Part shown: piece by piece, positions 21,793 through 34,969 of the stretch
How the letters are laid out: every line of letters starts with the position of its first letter
Position numbering within the stretch: position 1 is the first letter of the stretch
NCBI GenBank assembly: GCA_965644315.1
Contig: CBFFRQ010000038.1
Span: forward strand, 1-64,000
From: Caecitellus pseudoparvulus
Taxonomy: Eukaryota; Protista; Bigyra: Bicosoecida
Length of the DNA: 64,000 bases
Reading direction: 5' to 3'
Notes under the pieces: generated by a model
The model's database searches: none
What the model saw: only the letters and a program-made list of their open reading frames with translations
Told to the model about the DNA's origin: nothing
Program-made: the position numbers and the translations under genes

Positions 21793-23960
21793 ATGGCGAG
21801 CTTTTCCAGGCACCATGCTGCCGTGGATGGAGCCCTCGTGCCCCTGCGTGTGGGGCTGCTCACCGAGGTGGCGCTGGTGGGCCTGGGCGTGCAGGTGACT
21901 TCCTGGGCGTGTCAGGCAGCGCTCGCGCAGCACGTGCCGGAGCCGTACATGGTGTGTAGACAGCACTGCTCGCCTGTTGTTGCCATGCGTGCACGTGCAG
22001 TGGCGCCTTCTGCAGGATGAGGTGTTCCATGCCCCCCAAGCCCAGCGGTACTGTGCAGGAAACATGGGCAAGTGCAGCCTCGGGCAAATCACCCCTCAAC
22101 TTCCGCAGCACCACACCACTCGCTTCCCGGCGCCCCCTTCCTCAGATGACTGGGACCCAGCCATCACCACGCTGCCCGGGACATATTACATCAGTCTGCT
22201 GTTCTATCGGGCGTTTTTCTGGCTCCCGGGCATGCCAGCCTCCTGCACCCTGGCATTCCTGCGCTTCACCTCCAGCCTCTCCCTCTCCGCGCTGGCTGCC
22301 GCTGTGTACTACTGGGCCCGCACCGCCTCGGCGACGACAAAGGGCTGGCTGCAGGGCACAGCCTGCACCACCTCAGCATGGTCGGGAGGCCCCCTCGTCG
22401 TGCCAGACAGTGTGCAAGTGCCCCCCGCCTGCATGGTGGGCTGCCTGCCGCGTCCAGGCGACGGCCTGCGCCGCTGCATCCACGGCACGTGGATGGCGTC
22501 ACCCTGGGTGTGGCCCCTCCTCCTCGCCCTGGTCGTGGTGTCTTTCCCACCCCTCTGGTTCTCCTCGCAGCTGTACTACACAGACAGCATGGGCGCGGCA
22601 CTCGTCGCGGCGTGCTACTTCACAGCTCCCCTTCGCAACGTGCCGCCACGAGCGGCACCCTTCTCTAGCCACGCTTCCAGCTGGGTCAGCGCTACGGTAC
22701 GTGCTCTGTGCCAGCCACGGGCAACACTGCGGGGATGCTCTGTGCTCCTGCCCATGTGCACCCTCGCCCCGCTCTCCACAGCTGGGCCTCTTCGCAGTTG
22801 CAGTGCGACAGAGCAACATCGTCTGGGTGGCCTTCGTGGCGGCCACAGTCGCGACCACGCACGCGTCAACCCACTTGGTGGCAGAGCTTGGAGGGATGCC
22901 TGCTGTGCCTCGTGCCGACGAAGCGGCGCCTGCGCCGGCGGCAGCGCCTCTGGGTGTGCCGGGAGCGGTGGCTGTGCTGACGGTGCGGTGGCTGGGCAGG
23001 TTGGACCTTGCAGTCGCTGGCGCTGCTGTATGGCGCGCCCTGACGCTGAACACCGCGTACCTCGCTGGTCTGCTGATGCCATACGCCCTCGTAGGCTGTT
23101 GCTTCCTCTGTTTCCTTGTTTGGAACCAGTGGAGCCTCGTGCTGGGGCACGCAGCGTTCCACACGCCTGGGCTGCACGCTGCCCAACTCCTGTACTTCTG
23201 CTGCATTGCAGGGCTCGTGACAGTCCTCCCCGCTGCTTCCACCGCCACAGGGCGGGTGTGGCTGTGGGACACCGTGTTGGACTTCGCGACCTTCTTCACC
23301 TTCCGCACGCGTGACATGGGCCAGCGAGCATGGGCTGTCCTGGCTGCCAGGTGGGCCGTCCCCCTTTCCGTCGTTGCCACTGCATGGTGGGCCCGACACG
23401 ACGCAGTCGTGCATCCCTTCATCCGCTCGGACAATCGCCACTTTACGTTTTATGCCTGCAGTAAGCTGCTGTGCAAGTACTCGTGGGCTCCCGGAGTGGG
23501 CACTGCTGTCGCAGTGCTCGTCGGCACTGTAGCATGGGCGCGTCTCCTGCACGCCGGCCAGGCAGTCACTCGCCTGCACAAAGCCATCGCCGCCTCTGCA
23601 CTGCGACAAGCACCCCTGCCACACTCTGCCCTCGTCCCAAGCTGGCTTCGCACGTGCGCACACGCGGGCTTCCCTGGCGTGGACAGGTCACCCGCCACGC
23701 TGCTGGCAGACCTACACCGGGTCAGCTGGCGCATTGCCTTCGCAGCAGCCTGTGTCTGCTCTCTGGCCCCGGCGGGGCTGGTGGAGCCCAGGTACTTCAT
23801 CGTGCCGACGGTGCTGTTCCTCCTTCACGCAAGGTTCAGCAGGACGCAGCTCTTCCTGCTCTTCGTGGCGTTCTGGGCGATCAACACTGCAACCTTTTCC
23901 CTCTTTCTTCACCACCCCTTCACCCAGCCAGATGGCAGCACTGGCCGTTTCATGTGGTAG
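21793..23960 (+). CDS. ALG10: ALG10/DIE2 alpha-1,2-glucosyltransferase, copy 1. Introns 21952-22015, 22068-22145 (GC-AG), 22697-22781.
   Basis: Motifs VPEPYM|DEVFHAPQAQRYC, WDPAITTLPG, LYYTD, RQSNIVW, HPFIRSDNRHFTFY, LVEPRYF and terminal RFMW*. The start codon is less certain. Confidence 0.9.
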
Positions 23961-23971
23961 CCCAGCAGTTG

Positions 23972-26900
23972 CTACTCCCGGCGCCGGAGGCGACCCAGAA
24001 ACCCGCCGCTGTCAAGCGCACACATCAAATCTGCAAGGTCTTCACTTTGCCCAGCAGGCGCACCTGCCTCGGCAGGTGCGCCTGAAGTGCTTCCTTGAGC
24101 AGCATCGCTCTTCCGCTGAAGGCGGGTCAAGTGCCGGAGAACGGCTTCGTGCAGCGTTGTCAGGGTGGCACACGCAGTGCGTGCAAGGGGGGAGAAACTG
24201 CCGCCGCCCTCGAGCAGCAATGCAGCCAGCAGGCTGTGCCATGTTGCGAACTTGAGCAACGCATCCAGCACAGCCTGTAGCTCAGCCGTCACTGTGGGGT
24301 CTACGCCACGTACCAAACAAGCCCGTGCCAGCTCCTCCAAATGGGCCTCATGCAAGAGCAAAACAGCCTCGATGCTGCCCGCGCCGGACATGGTGTGTGC
24401 AACCACTGGAAACTGCCGCAGCAGCGATGGGGAAGCCACGAGCTGCGACACGGGCATGGGCTGTGCATCCAAGGCCTGAGCAATGCTTGCGATGTCTTGA
24501 ATACTGGGCACTTCACTCAGCTCCAGTCCGTCGGCGTCGAAGCCTGTGCTGCGGGCAGAGGTGCCTGCAATGCGGGAAGCCATGAATCCTCGCAGTGCGA
24601 GGGCAATGTGTGCGCATGACTGGGATGCAATGAACACCCGCCGGAGAGGCGGATGGTGCAAACCCTTCTGCTTCCGCAAGGACTGCTGTGCCCGCCCGTT
24701 GACCTGCATGCAGAAGTGGAGGGTCAGCAGCGTACGGTGCAGTCTGCGATAGACAGCCTTGGCTTTGGTCGAGAAGAGGAGGGACAGCGGCCACTCTGGC
24801 GTGAAGTGAACCTCAACTCCCCTGAACAGCGCGAGGACGTCTTCCACAGCAGTGCTCGGGTGTGGCGGCTGTGTTTGGGCGCGGTGCTTCTCCAGCAACG
24901 CCCGAGGGCGAATGTGAAAGGAAAAAAGGCCTGGCAACACATCGCCTCGGCAGAATTCCTTCAAGCTCTCCCCGCGCAGAGCATGCTCCTCTGCTGCCCA
25001 AAGCACGTGCCGGCGAACATCAACTTCACTCACTGTCCACGGTAAGCACCGTCCGAGGCTCGGCACACTCCATACGGGCGCTGAAGTCTCAGCCACGCCT
25101 GAAGCAGAGGGTGTACCCTGTGCCCCAGCGCGGCGCAGAGCGGTCGCGGCAGGAACCGCGACCTCGCCTGCTGGAGGCAGCCGACGGGTGTGGCGCCGCT
25201 GCGCCAGCACACCAGCCAGAACACTCGCCGCACCTCCCAGCGAGCCTGCCCGCCGCCCCACGTCGGAACCAAGCACTGCGCTGAGCGCAACAGAAGCCGC
25301 CCCTGAGGCAGTGGACTGACCCCCCAGAACGGTGCTTCCACTGCTCAGCACTAGGCGGCGCAGCGCAGCTGCCTTCGTGCGCCGCTGCCCACTCACATTG
25401 CCCACTTCCGGCGCTGGCAACCGCCTGTCGGCCTGCAGAGCGGGTGCATGCGACAACACTGACTCAGAGTCGCTCAGCACCTGCTTGGGCACCGGCTGTA
25501 CTTCGGCTGGCTGGAAAGGAAGCCGTTCGCTGCAAGCCAGAACGTCTTCCATGCGCTCAAGCACTGTCGCCATGCGTGCGCTGGCGATGCTATGAATGTT
25601 CGCATTCAACTGATGCCGTGCCGCTCCGCTGCTGCCGAAAGCTGACATGGCGCCAGACACTTCGTCCGCCAACGCCCCAGGCACCCAAGCCCACCGAAGA
25701 GGCGAAGTCCCTGCGGCAACGTGCAAGGGCAATGCTTCCACGGAGCGCTTAGCGACAAAATGCCGTGCAGCTTGCCCAAGAAGCGTCTCAGCGCTGCTCA
25801 TCAGTCGGCTATGCACACTGTCGTGCAGCTCAGCATCCATCCCCAGCGCGGCAGCACGGAGCGTCCGGAACATTCGGAAGACGTCGGCGTCGAACAAGAG
25901 AACAGACACTATGTGATGCTCCACAAAATCCGCCTGCGCCTTCACTGCCGCCCCGAGAGCTGGGAGGTAGGCTTCCAAGCCAAACTGCGCGCCTGAGCGC
26001 TGTCCGATGTCAGAAAACATTTCCCTTGACACCAGACTCATGCCAAATGTGCTCAAGTCAGCGAATTGCTCAGGGAAAGGCAAGTCGCTCGCAAGATCCA
26101 ACGGCTCAGTGACATTCACTTGCGAAGCAGCAGGCGGCTTGCGGGAGGGAGAGAGGCGCAGAAGAGCCGCCTCATGCAGCCCATGCGAACCTTCAATTTC
26201 AAGCTGCAACTGCCGCACAGCTTCCTCAGAACGCTGCTCTGCTGCTCTGTGCCCCTTGAACAACTCTCGCACCTGCATGCCGCACCTGAGTGCTGCACTT
26301 GCCACTTGCTCCAAGCACCCTGGAACGGGGGTGGACAGGCTCCGGCCAGAGGCAATCCAGGACAGCCCCGAGCCGGTTCGGCACACGCTAGCATCAGCTT
26401 CTGACACAGCAAATCCAACCCATGTCTCTTCGCTGACAGAGGGAAGCATGAGGCCCCTCCGCATCCATGTATCCATGGCTGAAATTGTCGGCTGCAACGC
26501 TGCCACGACGGCTTGCTCTTCAGTGGAACTGCACACGTGCAGACCATCAAGGCCAGTCCCCGAGCTTCGATCCCCGTCGCCAGCACTCTCCACAAGCTGC
26601 CCCACTTCAAGAAGCGCACCCTGCAAGGACTGCCCACTGCAGCTCTTTCCTTGACAAGACGGCCTGGGACACGCAGAATGAAGCGCATTCACCAAGCGTG
26701 TGCACCGAACATGCAGCGGCTCATTCCAGAACCGCTCTGCACACCCAGTGACTGCATGAATGCTGGCAAGGCTTTCTGCGAGCACGGGCTTTCCGTCAGG
26801 GAGCAGGTCCTGCGCTTTCCTTTCTTCCAGGGCTGCCAAGCGCCACCAAACAGGTACTGCGCGCTCCAGGCAAGCAGCTTCTCGACAAGCCACACGCCAA

Positions 26901-28078
26901 TACCTTGAACACCAGGAAGATAGGCATGGAACAGACTGGACCGGTATCATTTCAAGTACGTACTGCAACCCAGCAACCGCGCACTGCCTTGTGGCTATTG
27001 AACTGCCCGATCCAGAGCGCGCGGTGCGTCGCTTGAGGCTTGATGCCAACCTCGCGGGGCAAGTGGGTGTCGAGCAGGCTAGCCGCCGAGACAGGTCTTC
27101 GGCCTCTACTTGCACCCTTCTCCATCGTGAAACAAGCACTCCAATTGCAAGCTGCTGGGCCTGGGCAACTAGTGGCTGAGTCTCACAGCGAGCCTGCCCG
27201 CAATGCAGAGATGGCGACACGGCAACTTCACTCCTCAGCCCGCGACACCGATTCAGCAACTCACCCAGTCGCTGTACATGGACGCAATGCCGTGAGATGC
27301 ACTCAAGACGCCCCAATAGTGAACTCGCAAATGCAGGCTTTGGTGGAAGAGCTGGCAACATGCCAGGCGAACCACAACGCGCTGAACTGCCCTGCCCGTC
27401 GCCCTCCACGGGCGAAGCTTCAGAGGGAGCCTCGCGAATGCCACTCGTGACACTCTCATCTGAGCTAAGGCTCTCACTCTCCTCGCTGTCACCACCAATT
27501 TCTTGCAGCCACTCCCGCATCGTGCTGTCAGGAGTTGTTGACCTGACCGCCACTGGCTGCAGCAGCTCCTCCTCTTCCTCGCTTTCGCCCAGGCTGGCTG
27601 GAAGGTTATCCGCAAAGTCAGCAGGACGCTGCGCAAGACTCAGTAGACACGACACACACGCCCAACCTGTCGTTTTGTCCTGCAAATCAACGCCAGGGCA
27701 TAGGTGCTAACAAGGGGCAGGATACACGACGGCCACCCTCGAAACCACGCACCGGAACAAGACTGATCACCCTGTCCACACTTTCTAGCACCCTCCTCGC
27801 CTTTGAAATTCGGTTGTGAAACACCAGCTTGTCGCTAAGCCTGCAACACCGCAAATCATGGGATGAAACGAGGTGCACGGTGCGCGAAACGCTGGGGAAA
27901 CGCACTTGGACACCTCGCCCTGCACCGTCGCACTGTAGGAGCTGGGATACGAATGATGCAGCACAGCATGATGCATCATGTATCTTGAAGCTAGCGTGTG
28001 GTTCTCGCTGCTCTCCGAAAACCCCGTCAGGGCAGAGACCAGCCGCCCGATGAGTGCAGCCTCTCGACTGGCGTCCAT
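23972..28078 (-). CDS. Gamma-tubulin complex component (Spc97/Spc98 family), GCP5-like. Proposed exons 28078-27906, 27840-27771, 27679-23972.
   Basis: GRIP2-like C-terminus (VHFTPEWPLSLLF...YRRLHRTLL; LLHEAHLEELARACL). Two GT-AG introns link a GCP5-like N-terminal helical region (LVSALTG...ENHTLA...HHSY...LSDKLVFH...SCLLSLA) to the 1237-aa ORF. Subfamily assignment is from recalled motifs only. Confidence 0.7.
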
Positions 28079-30279
28079 GGCATTTGAAGTCTGGCCGCAC
28101 ACACTAGACCCTGCCAACTTCGAGGCTGAGCCGATCCACGAGGGGCGCATGCAAGAATCTACCGCATGAGGACAATTTATGTGGTTGTGCGAACGAATTT
28201 GAAATTGCACAGCAACTCTCACCACAAGAATTCTCTCAAAAAGGGCAAGCAAGCAAAACGAATGCTCGCGCCTTAGCGGAGCACCATGTGATACAGAGAG
28301 AGCGATGAAAATGAATTTTCTTATATGAGTTGACCTGCCTGAATCGTGACCAGCAGCGCGCCCCGAAAGGGTGTGTCGCTCCGTGGAGTCTGCCGTATCA
28401 GTTCGAGCAAGTGAAGGTGGCAGCGTGCTGTGACTCCCGAGGTCTCGGTCGGCAGCCAACGCACTAGCCTGGGGACTGGGCAGAAAATCACCTGCCTCTT
28501 GAATGTAGAGCTTTGCTGCGATATTCGTGTGGGGCTGCCTGGCTTCGCTGAATCCAGCCATGCTGCGCAGGAATTCGGCGACAGCTCCTAGCGCTGCGTA
28601 AGGGGCTCAGAGCACTGGACATGATCTTGTCAGGGAAGCAGCAACATCTGCTTCCCTGGACTCCAAAATGCAAGCTCCTAGGCGTCATGGAAGCTGCACC
28701 AGACCGCGGTGCGAACCATTCAGAGCATGCAACCTCTAACTCATGCGAGCTGTGGGTAAGCCCAAACGTACGCTAGCGAAACTACTCCTGAACGTGAAAG
28801 CTTCGACCAAGCTGCCCTTCATCGGCCACCGCTGCTTCTAAGCTGCGCCAGGCACGGGAAGGAGTTCAAGGGCTCGGGCTCGAAAACTGCACCACCTCAA
28901 CCCCAAAGTACGAGACCAGCCGATCACAACGCAACTTCAGGGCAACGATGTGGACATGGTACTGCCGAACTTGGCTTGAGGTGCAGTACGTGAAAAGCCA
29001 GCAAGTGGCGCATGCTTGCGGGGCTCTGTGGAGCCCCGAAACGTTATCGTCGCCTGCGGGCCGCCGAGGGGTGAAACGCGCCCCAACGCAATGAGCGCAA
29101 GCGGTGCAAATTTGCAATCCCCACATCAGTTCATGCGGAGTGTGCAGCATCATGGCACTTTCAACACACAACCATTGCTATGGCCTGTACCCTAGCGACC
29201 ACAGTGGCATGCTGGAACCGTGAATCGCCTGTATCATCTTTCTTGACGAACGGCACTGCACCTTGCCGACAATCCCGCTGGTGCTTCGCCCGGTGTATTC
29301 AGGGCTTCTGGCCGCAAGCCTCCCGGCTATCACGTGCCACCCAAAGGGAATAGTCAGATGCTGATCCTGAGAGTAGCACTGGCCTGGTTCCTGCTTGTGG
29401 GCATTGTCCCTCAAGCACTGGCAGCTGCTTCGTGTAGCTGTACGTCTCGCCTCGACTCTGCGCTGCCCGTGCATTTCATAAGCCTCAGAAGAGACATTTT
29501 GCTGCTGATCAAATCGTACATTGAAGCTCCTTCGCCTCCCTGCAGGTCCCGCGGGCAAGCACGTCTGCAATTGTTCTGGAGGTCCGCACTGCCTGGTGCC
29601 TTTGAGGCGCGGCCTCTACTCGACGCAAGAACACATGAACGAAAGAGACGATGCCCTTTTGTTCATTACCAATCCAAATTCGCCCCTGTCTGGTGCTCGC
29701 TCGCCGTCCGCTGCAGATGCAGCTCGCAGGCAGCTCGCAAGCAGCTCCTCGTCCAATGCCATGCACAAGCCAGAGTCCACGACAAATGGAAAGGAAACAA
29801 CACCGTGGTCAGAAACAAAAGCACAAACAGCAAGTTTTGATTGGCTCTTGCAAACAGTGCTTGGCTTGCGAGGTGCCGAACAACCGGAAGATGCCCACAG
29901 GTCACAGGGCATTCAATCGGATGATGCTAATCATAAGAGGAAGCTCTCTTCACACGACTGTGTTAACTGCTTCTCAGGCAGGTACAAGTCTGGAACCAAT
30001 TCTGCGACATCCTGCTCTCCGTGCCAAGCGGGCAGGTCAATGCCTTTCCATGGAGCAAGTGCCTGCTCGCTGTGCTCGGCGGGCACATTTTCAAGCTCAG
30101 GAGCCACAACTTGCACTGACTGTGCTCCAGGGAGGTACCAAGACTCCACCCCGGGCTCTACTTGCAAGGCATGTGCAGCTGGGAAAAAGAACCCGTCATC
30201 TGGGTCCACGAGCAGCGCTGCATGCACCAACTGCCTGCCCGGGTACTCGTCTGGAAGTGGCCAAGGCTTGTGTCCCATT

Positions 30280-31060
30280 TGTGCGGCGGGTCGGTACGCG
30301 GGCAGTGGTGCGTCCTCCTGCACGGCCTGTCCGACCGGCCGGTACCGCACAGGCACAGGCGGCACATCGGCGGGCTCGTGTACCGCCTGCGCGGCGGGGA
30401 AGGCCAGCGGGTCCACGGGGGCCACGAGCGCGACAGTGTGTGGGGACTGCAATGCCGGGCGGTATGCTGGGGCAGGGGCGTCCGCTTGCACCGACTGTGC
30501 GCTGGGCAGGTCATCCAGTGCTGGGTCTGGCTCCTGTGGGTCCTGTGTGGCGGGTCGGTATGCGGGGTCTGTCGGGATGTCGTTGTGTGCCCAGTGCGGC
30601 AGTGGGACGTATGCGGGATCGTCGGGGTCGAGCAGCTGTACGAGCTGTGCGGCGGGGCGGTACGCAGGCAGTGGTGCGTCGGCCTGCACCGACTGTGCGC
30701 TGGGCAGGTCGTCCAGTGCTGGGTCTGGCTCCTGTGGGTCCTGTGTGGCGGGTCGGTATGCGGGGTCTGTCGGGATGTCGTCGTGTGCCCAGTGCGGCAG
30801 TGGGACGTATGCGGGATCGTCGGGGTCGAGCAGCTGTACGAGCTGTGCGGCGGGGCGGTATGCAGGCAGTGGTGCGTCGGCCTGCACCGACTGTGCGCTG
30901 GGCAAGGCGTCCAGTGCTGGGTCTGGCTCCTGTGGGTCCTGTGTGGCGGGTCGGTATGCGGGGTCTGTCGGGATGTCGTTGTGTGCCCAGTGCGGCAGTG
31001 GGACGTATGCGGGATCGTCGGGGTCGAGCAGCTGTACGAGCTGTGCGGCGGGACGGTATG
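30280..31060 (+). repeat. Coding arrays in B2: less than one 216-bp unit, then 3 x 198 bp
   Basis: 198-bp unit starts at 30487, 30685 and 30883; nearly identical to the A1 units. Confidence 0.88.
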
Positions 31061-31359
31061 CACAGTCCACAGGCTCCACCACATGCACACAGTGTCCCGC
31101 TGGCAAAGCCGGAGCTGGCACAGGTGGGGACTCTGCCAGCTACTGCGGCACGTGTGGCGTGGGGAAGTATGCTGCAGGCCTGGGCAACACGGCGTGCACA
31201 GATTGCCCTGCTGGCCAGACAACGCCAGGCACTGGATCGACATCATCTTCAGACTGTGTGCCGGCTGCATCGGCGAGTCCCACTGTGACGATGACTCCGA
31301 CGCCAACGGGGTCGAGCTCGGCGACAGCATCAGGGACGGCGAGCGCCACGGCGTCACCC

Positions 31360-31917
31360 AGTGGCTCAGGCACGTCAGGCGTGTCGCCGTCGGCCAGTGG
31401 CTTAGGCACGCCCAGTGCATCGCCATCGGCCAGTGGCTCCGGCACGTCAGGCGTGTCCCCGTCACCCAGTGGCTCAGGCACGTCAGGCGTGTCGCCGTCT
31501 GCCAGTGGCTCCGGCACGCCCAGTGCACCGGCGTCGGCCAGCGGCTCAGGCACGCCCAGTGCATCGCCATCGGCCAGTGGCTCCGGCACGCCCAGTGCAT
31601 CGCCATCGGCCAGCGGCTCAGGCACGCCCAGTGCATCGCCATCGGCCAGTGGCTCCGGCACGCCCAGTGCATCGCCATCGGCCAGTGGCTCGGGCACGTC
31701 AGGCGTGTCACCGTCGGCCAGTGGCTCCGGCACGCCCAGTGCATCGTCATCGGTCAGTGGCTCGGGCACGTCAGGCGTGTCACCGTCGGCCAGTGGCTCC
31801 GGCACGCCCAGTGCATCGTCATCGGTCAGTGGCTCGGGCACGTCAGGCGTGTCGCCGTCGGCCAGTGGCTCAGGCACGCCCAGTGCATCGCCATCTGCCA
31901 GTGGCTCAGGCACGCCC
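31360..31917 (+). repeat. 36-bp coding minisatellite, ~16 units
   Basis: Same 12-aa stalk unit as in A1. Confidence 0.88.
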
Positions 31918-34900
31918 ACACCCACACCTTCACCCTCGTCTTCTGCCACTGCCACGCCCACCTTCACCTCTTCCCCCTCGCCCTCCACATCCACGTCGCC
32001 ATCACCTTCACACTCGCCATCCGCGTCACCCGCCCCGCCGTCGCCTTCCGTGTCACCCTCGAGCATCCCTCTGCTGGACGATGTCGTGGACGAGCGTGAC
32101 ACGACGTCGAATGGCCTGACATACCTCGATGTCGTGCCAGGCGACATTCCTGTCGTGGTGCAGGTCTTGTCTGGGTCGGGTGTGCCACCGCCATCCTCCA
32201 CAGGCCTGTCCATTCGATCAGCTGGTCAAAGTGCGACCTGGAGTGTGTCGGTGGAGTACATGGGTCACTCCGCCGCTGCAGGCGCCAGCACCAGCCAAGA
32301 CACCCAGGTGGTGCGGGCAGCCTTCCCTGCCTTGGTTGCCCGTGAGGCCGGTGGGGAGCCTGCAGCGCCATCGGCTGGCTCTCCTGCCCTGGCAGCGGAC
32401 GTGCTGCCTCGCAGTGGCACCATGCGTCAGGACGCCAGCACGCCAGTGTCGGAGGACGCCACCCTGCTCGTGTCAGTGGGGTCTGGGGGCAGTGTGCCCG
32501 ACCCAGGTGTGTACTGGTTTGACATGGTCGTGCTGGACAGCGCCACGACGGCGGAGATGTGGCGGCAGCCCTTCTTTGTGTCGGTGCGCGTGCCGCGTGG
32601 CGTGGTGTCGCCCCTGCAAGTGGCCGCTGTCGCAGCTGTGCGATCGCACGGTCATGACGACGACGGCTCGGCCAGCAGTGTTGTGAGTCGTGAAGTGTCG
32701 CTGCGCAGTGTGGGCAGCGGCCCACTGCAGTGGAGTGTGTGGCAGCCGCCCTCTGCGCCGTGCTGGATGCAGGTCAGCGCTGTGGCGGGAGACGGCTCCT
32801 GCGCCCCTCCCGCCTCCGTAGCAGTGCCGGCAGGCTGGACATGTGCAGTCCATGGTGTGGCGGCGGCTGGCTCCATCGCCCGTGTGTCGGTGGAGGTGGA
32901 CACGGCACTGCTGGATGCAGGGGTGTACGACACGGCACTGCTGGTTGTCTCCGACGACCCCCTGATGCCGACACAGCGTGTGGGTGTGCAGGTGGTGGCG
33001 TCTCCGCTGCGTGTGTGTCCTGCGTATGTGCACTTGGGCGACGTGTCTGCCAGCGCCCCCGCCAGTGGCGGTGATCTGACCCTGACCAACACTGGGGATG
33101 GAGATGTGGTGGTGCTGGGTGTCCTGCCCAGCACGGCAGATGTGCCGGCTGTGCAGGCCAGTGCTGACAGCAACTGCACTGGCGCCAGCAGTGGCACACA
33201 GGCTGTGCTGGACATGGTGGCTGCCGTGAATGACAGCCTTGTCGTGCCGGCTCAGGGTGCTCTGCGGGCAGGTGTCGCTCCACAGGTGGCCTGGCTGTGG
33301 CCCAGTGTTGGAGTGTCCCAGGTGGCGTCAACTGCTGCTGCGGCGGCGGCCGCTGTGTCTGGCCTGCCGCCTGCCGTGCAGTCACTTGCTGCCGCCGTGC
33401 AAGGTGTGAGCGGTGATCGTGCCGCGTGGTGGTCGGGCAGCCAGGACGCCGTGTACAGCTCGGGCCTGCAGGCCACGTGGCACGAGGCGGCATCCGACGC
33501 CACCCCTGGCGTGCCTGTGACCCTGGTGCAGGTGGGTGGCGAGCTGCACCTACGAGCGACAGCTCTGTACACGCCAGACACCATGCCAGCGGCAGACAGC
33601 TCTGGTGTGCTGCACGTCATCGTGTGGGAGACGGCCCGTGCCAGCCTGTCTGTGCGGTCCATTGCCGTGAGTGCCAGTCGTCGTGTGGGTGCAGTGCACG
33701 CTGCGACGTCGCCGGCGCTGCAGGTGGTGTCATCGGTGGTGGGGGAGGACATGCCAGTCCTGCTGCCGGGCGATGGTGGTGTGCCTGTGCAGGTGGCAGG
33801 AGTGGCGGGCCGTGTGACGGCGCTGCCTGTGCACCGGGTCGCCTTGACACATGGAGTGCTAGTGGGCGTGGCTGTGCTGAGGGACAGGTACGGCACGGCA
33901 CGTCCCGCAGGCGGCGATGTCGTGACGGTGATGGCCAGTGGCCGTGGGGAGCAGGGTGAGGCTGTGCCCACGTCAGGGCTCGTGTGGGTGGAGCCCCTGC
34001 CGCTGCCTGTGGGTCTCCCTGCTCTGCGCCGCATGTGCAGTGCGGCTGGCGCCAGTGCCGCTGTGCGTGATGCAGTGGGCTTGGCTGTGCCGGGGGGAGG
34101 GTGTGATGCGGTGAGTCAGGCGTGGGAGCAGGTGCAGTCGGGGGCTGGGTGGGGGTCATTGCTGGGTGGCGGGCAGCTGCTGGGCCTGTACGTGCGACCA
34201 GGCCGGCCAGGGTCTCTGGCACTCACACTGCAAGCATCTCCATCAGCATCAGGCGGCGAGCTGGGTGTGGCCCCGGCAGCGGTGGTGCTGGAGCCAGTGC
34301 AAGCGGCGGCTGGGGTGGGCGCCGTCGGTCCTGTGCAGTTGCCTGTCGTGTCAGGCGGTCCTGGCGGCCCAGCCACGCTGCATGTGCATCGCACTGTCTG
34401 CACTGCTGACGGCACCGTGGCGACAGGAGATGGTCTGGGGTGCGAGTGTCGGGCAGGCATGGTCCGCCCCAGCTCAGCAGCTGTCGTCAGTGACCACACC
34501 CTGCACACAGTGCAGTGGTCGGCATCGGAGTCACGCACTGTGCAGTGGCAAGTGGTGCGCCCAGCAGTGGTGCTGGGTCGGCAGGTGCGGTGTGTGGCGT
34601 GTCCACCTGGCACAGCCAGTGTCCTGCCCACCCTGCAGCGAAGTGGCGATGCTGGCGTGTGCAGTCGGTGTGCCGATGGCTCCTTCGCTGTGCCTGGTGG
34701 GACGCTGTGCCACCCTTGTCCCTCTCGGTCGGCGACGTGCAGCGACGGCAAGCTCGTCGTGGCACCTGGCTTTGCCCTTGTGCGGCCCTTGGAAGAGCTG
34801 CAAGCAGCGCTGCAGGCCGACGCAGGGAGCGGCAACAGCACCGACTCCATGGCCAGGGCGGTGCTGGACAACATCCAGGCATGCCCCAATGTCTTCGCGT

Positions 34901-34969
34901 GCCAGTCAGGCAGCAGTGGCAGCCAGGCGGCAGTGCGCAGGCTTGGGCAGGGCACAGGCACTGCGTCGT

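Larger units (their letters stand above)
1..22862. repeat. Segmental duplication, copy 1 (extends beyond the left edge)
   Basis: Same genes in the same order and orientation as 34944-64000. Offsets are 40763 (gene B), 41135 (PLK4) and 41138 (spermidine synthase to ALG10). Interval ~2618-4114 is not homologous to the other copy. Confidence 0.95.

Noticed and set aside
20539-22092. 517-aa antisense ORF over the protease (and the 502-aa ORF at 15491-16999 opposite spermidine synthase)
   Set aside because: Expected mirror ORFs from strong C/G third-position bias; no recognisable domain.
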